A DNA stretch of 64,000 nucleotides from Perna viridis (taxonomy: Eukaryota), in NCBI GenBank assembly GCA_037379345.1, contig CM074511.1, forward strand, positions 66,842,862 to 66,906,861, read 5' to 3'. Each line of letters opens with the position of its first letter. Position 1 is the stretch's first letter. This document shows positions 1-64,000 of the stretch, piece after piece. Under the pieces are notes generated by a model. That model was not told the origin of the DNA. It searched no databases and was given only the letters and a program-made list of their open reading frames with translations. Both the position numbers and the translations under genes were made by a program.

Positions 1-734
1 AATATTTATCCAAACTTTGTTGACCTTCAGTATACGCATAACATTTTTAAAAGTAGACACCGATTGATTATTAAGATATTTAACAACAAAAAATTGACAC
101 CAAAAAAGTATCCAAAATTCTTTCACCAGTATTTGAAAAATGATGCTTTGACGTAAAACATTTAAAAATGCACGTAAATTACACGGAGGGAAAATCAATT
201 ATGTCAAACCACAATAAGAATACGTAAAACCGATTTAAAAAAAAATTAGTCCGACATGGTCAACCAAATCCGTTCATCATCCACCAGACTGCACGCCCAT
301 ATATTCTGTTTAAGTGTATTAGAAATAGTCTGATTTGTTTTGAGAGGAGAGATAAAGTTAACATTCTCCTTCATTTAGTTTTGATTGTTGTGTGTTATTC
401 AGATCTGTTAATGTTGTTGATATTTGAATTACCTAAGTATGACTTAGTAAATATATAAAGCAAAATTTTACTTGAATTCTACTACAAAGAGGAATTTTCT
501 CGCCAAAATGTGTGAACTATTTTATACCTTAGTATACACAGTCTATTCTAAGCGATTCTATGATACATGTATCTAGGAATAATAATTAAAAAAAATTGAT
601 GAATAAACTTATGCATGACTTTCAGAAAGAATTGTATACATAAACAGAAGCAAAACGAGCGTCGTTTCTCTCCAATTTCTACTACGACTTATTGTATCAT
701 GATCAGCTTTTATTATTTTGTTCTCTCCTTGCAG

Positions 735-56052
<55,318 letters not shown>

Positions 56053-56098
56053 GACTTTTTGAAGGTGGTCAGTGGTCATGTTTCTATGGAAATCCATA

Positions 56099-56583
56099 TG
56101 CTGTAAACTCAGAAATTATGGTGATTTCAGTAATTCATTTATTGATACAAGTATTGTGCAATTGCAATGATTAAGCTGAGAAATAGTTTTTATTGATATT
56201 CAAAATGAGAGGGTTTTTTTTTATATCGGGGAAATTATTATCATATTTTTCTTAAAAATTGATAATAATAAAAATTTTGTCTGTTAAAAAATAAAAAAAA
56301 TTTTTCATAGTGCATAGTGCAATAAACAAAATATGCACATGGAAAGTTTATGTTATTTTTCAATAGACAAAATTTTCATTATTGCCAATTCTTATAAATT
56401 ATATATATTTTAAAATATATTTTATCTTTAAACATGAGAAAAGTAGCTCTGAATAGGGGCGTGTCAATATTTTTTTATCCATTGAGGTAACAAAATTATT
56501 TTAAACAATCAGATTACAGTATTTATCTCAAATTAATTTATTCTTAATTATTAAAATTCACAATGTTTTCTGAATATACAGTA
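56099..56583. mobile_element. Degenerate MITE just 3' of the GH31 stop codon
   Basis: tgctgtaaactcagaaattat / atgttttctgaatatacagta imperfect TIRs. Confidence 0.5.
56267..56326 (+). promoter_or_regulatory. Candidate polyadenylation signals of the GH31 gene
   Basis: AATAAA at 56267, 56290 and 56321; the AT-rich background weakens this evidence. Confidence 0.35.
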
Positions 56584-56818
56584 ACATTTTTTAACATTTT
56601 ACCTATTGAATTTTTTTTAAAACAGACAATTCATTATCCAACTTTTCTTGCATTTTCAACATTTTTACATGTCAGTTTTTGTATACCTCAATGTTTAGAC
56701 TTAAATATTATAGTGTAATCTTCCATGCTCTTCTGGTAATGGTGGAATGATTTACTCAAAGCCCCATCTACTAATCCCAGAATTCCCTGTTTCAGTCATT
56801 ATACGAATTCATGAACTC

Positions 56819-57283
56819 ACCTGAGCTGATGGTGATTTGGTCTCAGTATCGTATTAATTTTCCCATAGACTTCTATAGTGAAGTGCATATTTTTAGGATT
56901 TTTTTTAAAAATATGTAAATTGATTCAATAAAACTTTCACTTATGTAGCATTTCTAAAGACATGTGAAAAAATAATTTCCCGCAAAGAAAATAGGGTGAG
57001 TCCACGAAGATCGGACAGAAAAGTAGTCTCGAACTATAAATAGCCATTTTCCCTACTTTCACTTTCGTTTTGCACTCACCAAACCAACCTTTTCAGTGGA
57101 ACATTTTTATGATATCATGTTAGATTTTCTTTTTAAAAAGTTCTTCATCTTACAGTGTGATGTTTGCTCTATTTTATAACTCATTGTTCATATCTTTTGA
57201 CAAAATATTAGTTTGTAGAGAGGCAAAAAGAAAATGCACTATATTTTTATAGCATCCATGTTTTGACGTACACCTGCTCAGGG
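56819..57283. mobile_element. Possible non-autonomous DNA transposon
   Basis: Short imperfect TIR cctgagctgatg / cacctgctcagg. Confidence 0.35.
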
Positions 57284-58390
57284 ATATGCAATACAATACT
57301 GGTACCATATCTTAATACGTTAATTTATTTCGTTCTGTGGAACGAAGAAGTTTGATGAAGCAAAAGAAAGTATAAAAATGCTCTTTTTGCAATAATTAAT
57401 TGTAAATGGGAGGTATAAGGGTACGTATCTGAAAATCTTATTGGAGTTGATCAGTGAGGGTGGGGGTTACCTCAGCCTATGTACTTATACTGTACTGCAT
57501 TCATTGGATAACAATGGTTTTCATCAGTTATTTCCTTTATGGGCTATGACTTAAAATAGATTTCTGATGTTCCCCTATCTTTTTCAGTTTGTTTGTATAA
57601 TTTTCGTAATAGTTTGAATTGCAATGGAATAATGAAGCTTACTGGAAATTGACAAAATTATTTACTAATTGTTAATCGTTTTAATTTGCTATTTATGTAA
57701 CCAGATACAATCATGCATCCTTTAAAGCCTTTATTTTAGTGCTTTTGTAAGAGATATTTTAGTGCAATATGATAAACATTTTGTATTTGAAATTACAATG
57801 TTCCTATTTAGATCGTTTCTTAGTTTCCATTATAATTGTAAAAATATTTTGATGGGGTTTAAAATTGATTATAGCATTATGTGTTATGCAATATTTAAAA
57901 ATCCATAGGTATTTATAATTTATATACAATAAGTAGACCATTTAACTAAGGATATGAGTACGATCAAATAAATTTTGCTTGATGATCAATATCTGTAACA
58001 GGATTGGAAATTTGGTACAACAGCAGACATTGAATTTTTTAAAGAACTCATTTATGGAGAGCTAAACTGATGTCTGGTCCGTGTTCGTCCGACGATGAGC
58101 AGCTAAGATAGGGAATATCTGGTCACACAGTAGGGCTCCGTAGTATGGTGCATGGACAAGGACTTGAGGTCACGAGTTAGATTCATTCAATTAGCAAAAA
58201 ATACTATCAATGGCCATACACTAAAAAAGCACAAGGGAAACAGTCCGCCGTCTTGGGTTTCACCAATATTCTTCACTTTGAATGATTCAAGTCCCTGTGG
58301 GTGCATGTACAAGTAAATTTTCTGTTGCTTTTAGGTGATCGATCAGTTAGGGTTTCATGGAGCTTCAAGAACCAACCGTCTATAACAGGA

Positions 58391-58505
58391 ACTCACTCGT
58401 ACTATTTATAATGTAGCGTAATGTTTCAATGTGTGATGAAAGTATACGCCATACTTTCTTCACACATTGAAACATTACGCTACATTATAAAAAGTACGAG
58501 TGAGT
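58391..58505. repeat. Near-perfect palindrome, 55-bp arms with 5-nt loop
   Basis: actcactcgtactatttataatgtagcgtaatg...aagtat ACGCC atacttt...gtacgagtgagt; 2 mismatches. Confidence 0.95.
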
Positions 58506-59704
58506 CATACTTTTAATTTGTTGAGTCGGTGCATCCTGCAAGATCCAATGCAGGATTAATTCCATTTACTCTGCGAGTGATAGTTAAATGGTGATCGTCA
58601 ATGTCTCGTCATCCTTGTTTTACGGTATTGTATGTAAAGAATTTCTAATGTATTTAGGCGTCGCCCATTTTATTATCGATTTAGGGCTGGGATAATTTTT
58701 GTTTTGATCGACCTTTTTCAGCGGTCGTATAATGGCGTTGCGCAGTCGTCTGTGCCGTCTAACGTTTACACTTGCATGGTTTTTGTTCGATGATTTGAGT
58801 ATTTGGTAGTACAGTACAGTTAGGTCATTATTATTATTGTTATAAAATCCAGTAGCCATGGTAACATACTGAAAAAAATATTAGTACAAATCAGGGGTGC
58901 CTTTCCAAAACTAACAGCCAATTACTATGTTTTATAGAACATCAGGCACTTAGACACTACCACAGGATGAAAGCATGCATGGAGTAGGTGGAAAAAGGGT
59001 TAAAATAATAAGACCCTTTTCGATTCATTCTCTCACAATTTTAGTTCCAAGGTATTTTGAAAATCAGCCATCTGATGCTGAGGAGAGAACCTAATACGGC
59101 AGGGGACTGAAACATTCCGGATACCATTCTTCCTTTAAATTACACCTGTTTACCATTACCTATATTACATCTGTCTATGTATAAATGCTTAACTACATTT
59201 AAACAATGTATCCAACAAAATTCAGCTTTTAATTTCAAGTTTTACAAAACTTGACCGGGGTAACTTGGTGTGCGAAACAGTGCGCCTTAATGTAACTGTA
59301 TAGTGCACCCTTTAGTTGATTTATCTTTTAATTACTAAATTCATAACAAGGTTTCAAACCACAAAAGGAAGGTAGGTATCGATCTTTAGGTTTGTGACCT
59401 GAACCGTTTTGTAATCAAAGGCCAACAGCATTTGAATCATTTTAGAATTTAACTTTAATTTCTTTAAAAGCATATGAATGTCTTATATTTTTCCATGAAA
59501 TGTCGAATTGGAATTGACTTTGGAGGTTAAGACTTAAACCCTTTAGGAATGAGGGATGTCCAGACAATATATTGATATTAAAAGATCTCGTTTGTACCAT
59601 ACCACCAAAGAAGGCTTTTTGAACCGATTTCTTAGGTGTGTTTGATAGTGTAATATTTTTTTTTCAACAGTGGCAAGATTTTAAAGGGGGAGGGTTGTGA
59701 TTGC

Positions 59705-60010
59705 GTCAAAGTACTTAAACCCCACCGCATTTGTCGCGCCTGTCCCAAGTCAGGAATTTCTGGCCACTGTATGTCTTGTTTCGTTTTCGCCTTTAGTTTA
59801 TGTTGATTTTTATGTTTGTGTTACTTGAGTATGTAGGGGCAACTCTTTCGATGTACCTGTGTATAATATTTTAGGCGCAGCTCCAGCCTGCCCTGTGGTT
59901 TGAGGATTTCGTCGTCATTCATTGAAAACCCATGGTGGCCTTTGGCCGACTTTCTTCATTCCGGTGGGGCTGTTGTCTCTTTGACATTTTCACCACATCC
60001 ATTCTCGTTA
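59705..60010 (+). repeat. Mollusc-type interspersed repeat with a Nin/Deu-core-like motif
   Basis: ttaaaccccaccgc...gcgcctgtcccaagtcagga and ggctgttgtctctttgaca...tccattctc end, recognised from memory of such repeats. Confidence 0.5.
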
Positions 60011-60289
60011 TAATTCCCCTTCTGTTCAGGGTTCGCCCTCCTAGCTGCGCCCTGGGAAGCATTTTATTTATTTTTTTAGACAAAGTTTTTTTCTGTCCAT
60101 GGCTGAGTAATACCCCCCCCCCCTTTCGCTAACAATGCGGTTAGTGCTTTAAACCTTAAAACCATTTTTTGTAGTACGATTCTCTAGGGACCTCCATGTC
60201 CTGCGGCCATAGTTTATTGTCGAGAACATTTTTAACAATGTCAAAATCCACTCTTCAATAACGAGATGTATGTAAATAATTGTCCAGTA

Positions 60290-60435
60290 TTAGCTCACCT
60301 GGCCTAAAGGTCGTGTGAGCTATTTTCATCACTTCCGTCGTCGTCTGTCGTCGTTAGCTTTTTTCAAACATCTCTGAAACTGCTTCACCAATTGGAATGA
60401 AACTCGGCATGGTTGTTCCTTAGGGTATCCTATCT
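60290..60435 (+). mobile_element. 5' part of a HINE/pearl-like element
   Basis: ttagctcacctggcctaaagg..gtgagctattt.catcactt + (cgtc)n microsatellite. Confidence 0.65.
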
Positions 60436-60589
60436 ATCTATCTATCTCTACCTTCAAATTTCCGCACTCCATCATTATACTGACTATAAAGTGCCGTTTG
60501 CATGCGTGGCTACCGCATAGATTTAAGAAGAACTTTTAATATAAGCGATGGAAATTATATACAGTGAAAATATTTTTTCAATCAAAAGT

Positions 60590-61195
60590 GGTTTTGTTTG
60601 TTTTTGATAGGTTTTTTTTTTTTTTTTGGTTTTTTTTTTTTTGTTCTTTTTGTTTTTGCTTTTTGTTTTTAAAACTATGTACATGTCTTGCTGTTCAGAA
60701 AATTTGTGACAGAGTAGATGTGGTGATCTGCTCTTTGAAACTGTTTACTGTAGTGCAAGAAACTGCAGATGTTGGTAGCATGTACCACTGAATTATGGTA
60801 TATGGATAGTATGAAAATTTATAAGTGTCTTTCTTTGTATGAATATGTTTATAATGGTAGGGATGTTTATTTCTGGTTATATTGTCAGATGGTATAAGTA
60901 GATTTGTTGGATATATTGCCTGTTGAAGGTGAATGATCTTATAAAATACCACTGGCATCGTCTGAATACGCCTAAGCTGTAATGTTGGCCATTGCAGATG
61001 TTCTAGCATGTCTGAAACAAAACTGGTGTTATGATATCTGTTACAAGTGAATCGAGCTGCTCTGCGTTGGGCCATCTCTATTTGGTTGATTTGTTTTTTT
61101 ATTATGTAGGTCCCAAACGCAGGTGCTGTATTCAAGCACAAACTGGTCGTTTAAAATTTTTGAAATGTTGATAACCATTTTACAGTGCCTTAGGT
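60590..61195 (-). mobile_element. 5'-truncated LINE (CR1/L2-like group) RT C-terminus with A-rich tail
   Basis: LEY.TCVWD, IE..QRRAARF, SV..ML..L.W..L..RR, SYYP.TI..W..LP; T-runs at 60590-60670 are the A-rich tail on the minus strand. Confidence 0.8.
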
Positions 61196-62479
61196 ACTCA
61201 GTTGTACTTACAACATCCATCAATATATGCTGCTCTCTCAGCAATTATTTTGTCAAACCTAATAATAAAGTAAGATACCATTACTTACTTGGTTTGCCAG
61301 GTGATCGATTCGGGCTTTTCGATAGCCTCTTGTTTGTTAACGCAACGTGAAGGAGGGGGCTAGAATTAGTATAAAGACCGTCCATCCGTTACTTTACAGT
61401 TATTTGTTTATTCAACTCTTCTGAACGGTCTGTTAAAGTTTGGGATCCTTTCATGTTTTATTATGTTGCAACGCCATTTGACTCGTTTCTTTTACGCGAA
61501 TGTCTGTATTATTTATGATTTGCTGACTGTTATGACTTACAAGTATGTACATGCTTTGATGACGCAAACTGTAATTGTATCCAATCGGAACTACTCGGCC
61601 ATTTCCGCTACACTAAAAATAACCTCGGATGCAGAAAGGAGAATTTCTTCTTAAAATAATGTCGGAATTGTAGTCATACGCGACTCGGAGTAGTTCTATC
61701 CACCAGGTGGCGGTAAAAAATTGGTTAGATATTACTAGATATAAAGAACAATAACTCTGTCAAGAATTTGGGCCCGAATAGAGGAGCTAAGAAAAAAAGT
61801 ATAGGTTAAAATTTCAGTCAGGTAAAACTATAATTTTATAAATGGATCGGTCAAATTCCGGATGGACTCTTTCGACTAATGCCTTCGAGGTTTTTCTTCT
61901 GTGGAACTAGAAAGGTTGAGGTGTTCCGATTATAATTGTACGAACGCGTCAAAGGATAGAGTGTGCTATTTGACCTCTGTCTGCCATTCGAAACATCATA
62001 TTTTCGTTGCACTGTTTCAGCAACTTCGTGTCACTGCCACTTAACATTGGGGATACATCCCAGCTAAGGGTATCACACATCGCTTATCAAATTCAGACCT
62101 TTTGTTTGGGTCCTTATTTAAAATAAAAAATGCTTTATACTGCTCACTTAAGGATTATAATATAAATCAACTACTATAATAAAGCAATACTGAATACAAT
62201 ATAAATAACCAAGCGCAATATCAGAGTTAATTGCTATAGATCCAGAAAAAGGACCAGGAGCACTTAAATAAATCATTAAATAATCAGTTGACCTCAATGA
62301 AGTGCTGGGATTGAATACAGCCACACCTTTACAAAACTTGGGATTGGACAAACCGCTTCATAATAGCTGTGTGTTTTATTGAGATGTTATGGGACATGTG
62401 TCCTCCATTGTTGTATTCTTTGGTATCAGGACGGAGGATGAATCAATAAAATGGATTTTATGCAGCTTAGATTTGAAGT

Positions 62480-62955
62480 TGAAAGATTAATCAAGGGAAC
62501 TAATATTCTAGCGGAAGTCGAAAGAATGCTATCCAAGGACAAAGGCCAGAGATGGAAAACAGACACAAAAAAATACAAAATAACCAAAATCCTACATACA
62601 AGAAAACAAAAACAAATGAGCAACTCAGACTCCACTAAAACTGGGAGCATGGACCAGGTGCACCGGTGGGGCAAGCGTCCTCTGCTTTTCTAGAAACGCC
62701 CACCGAGTTGCTCATAGAAAGTCAAGTCCAAGGTAGACGAAAGAGAAAAGGAAAACTATGACACATTGAACCAATTAGTTTCCATAGCGCAGATGGATAC
62801 ACCATAATGATCCACGGGTTCATGATGACGACCATAAAATTTTTGAAGTGATGACTGAAATCATGTAGAAACCTAACCCTGTTCCAGTAGCTTAATTGTA
62901 AGAATTCTAGCGCGATACAAAAAGTCTGCGTAGTTGCGACAAGCTCTGGCATGAA
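62480..62955 (-). mobile_element. 3' fragment of the Penelope-like (Naiad-type) element
   Basis: Reverse complement matches 20178-20610 and 6285-6632. Confidence 0.85.
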
Positions 62956-64000
62956 TGAATTTAATACCATTGAATTAACTCGTACACGAATGTACGAACA
63001 AAATAAATAAATTCCAGCGGCCATTTGAAAATTGCTTACTCATTATATACCACTCTTCTTTTGTGGCATAGCCGGACGGCTATTTACCATAGAAAAACAA
63101 GACTTATTAGAGGTATTAACCGGTAACAATTATTATCGTTATAAGCAATTATTATACATTAATATTGTTATTCTAACTTCTTAGTCTTAATTCTTTCAAA
63201 TGTTAACCAGATTTAAGAGCTTAATTCTAATTGAAACTTTAAACTTAAAGATAAAACATCCTGTCATTCCAGATGCCGTGCGAGTTGTAACAATATATAA
63301 TTTCTTTAAAACGAACCCAAATATATGCAGATTTTAAAGTATCAACACTTAAGTAATCTATCTTACAATTAAAACTGGATAATGCATTGTATTACAATAC
63401 AACGCATGTAGGTTTAAAAGATTATAATTAGACCAACTATACCATATTGGGTTCTAAAAACGTGTGACCGTGCGTAAACCCGTCGGTTCGTGTTGCTTAT
63501 GGATTGACAACACGGTGATCAGAGCCTCCACGTACGTCTCGGTAGATGCTTGACCGATAATGCTTTGTCTAATGACGAGTGTTTTGTTTATTCATATCTC
63601 GGGATCTCCTCGGACCTAATCCCATCTCTACAACAAGTTTAGGCCTTATCGGTTACATCTTCAGTTCGAGAGACAAAGGGAACGATCAATACTGAATGGC
63701 TTAAAATGATCATCTGAAACAATGATCATAACTTGGAAGATTTAAATTGTTGACTTGATATAAACATTGATATTGACAAATATTCATCAATATTTGTGTA
63801 TTTTCTTGCGCAACGATACGTTGGACTGATTTGGATTAGCAATATTAGTTTGACTCAGAGTAATCAATTTTGGAAGAATTTTTGTGTCTCCTCAAATCAT
63901 GGTTCGTTAATTAAAAACTGTCTCCTGTCTCGGAACGGATTGGATAATCTGTGAAAATTATCGTTAATTTTTAAACGGTTGTATTCTTCTTGTCAAGCAT

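Overview
AT-rich eukaryotic (metazoan) genomic DNA. The repeat content suggests a bivalve mollusc, probably a mussel; this is an inference, not a database result. Most of the window is the 3' part of one + strand GH31 alpha-glucosidase gene of the sucrase-isomaltase/maltase-glucoamylase type. I traced 30 exons by hand from 735 to the stop at 56052; all have GT-AG boundaries and consistent phases, giving 7860 nt or about 2619 aa, with the 5' end outside the window. The gene encodes at least three tandem GH31 modules with intact catalytic motifs. Module 1 and the first half of module 2 share the same intron positions, but the last ~1.6 modules lie in a single 4.2-kb exon lacking about 35 expected introns. 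That is the pattern predicted for cDNA-mediated, 3'-biased mass intron loss. Four module-1 exons have their 3' end plus donor site tandemly duplicated into the intron. The introns carry an antisense RING-less TRIM-like gene and a decayed paralogue, a Ngaro-like tyrosine-recombinase retrotransposon with a candidate -1 frameshift signal, and several Naiad-type Penelope-like fragments (endonuclease first) with a structured 3' RNA. They also hold a TSD-flanked SINE-like element with a non-tRNA structured head, plus MITEs, Helentron-like elements and minisatellites.
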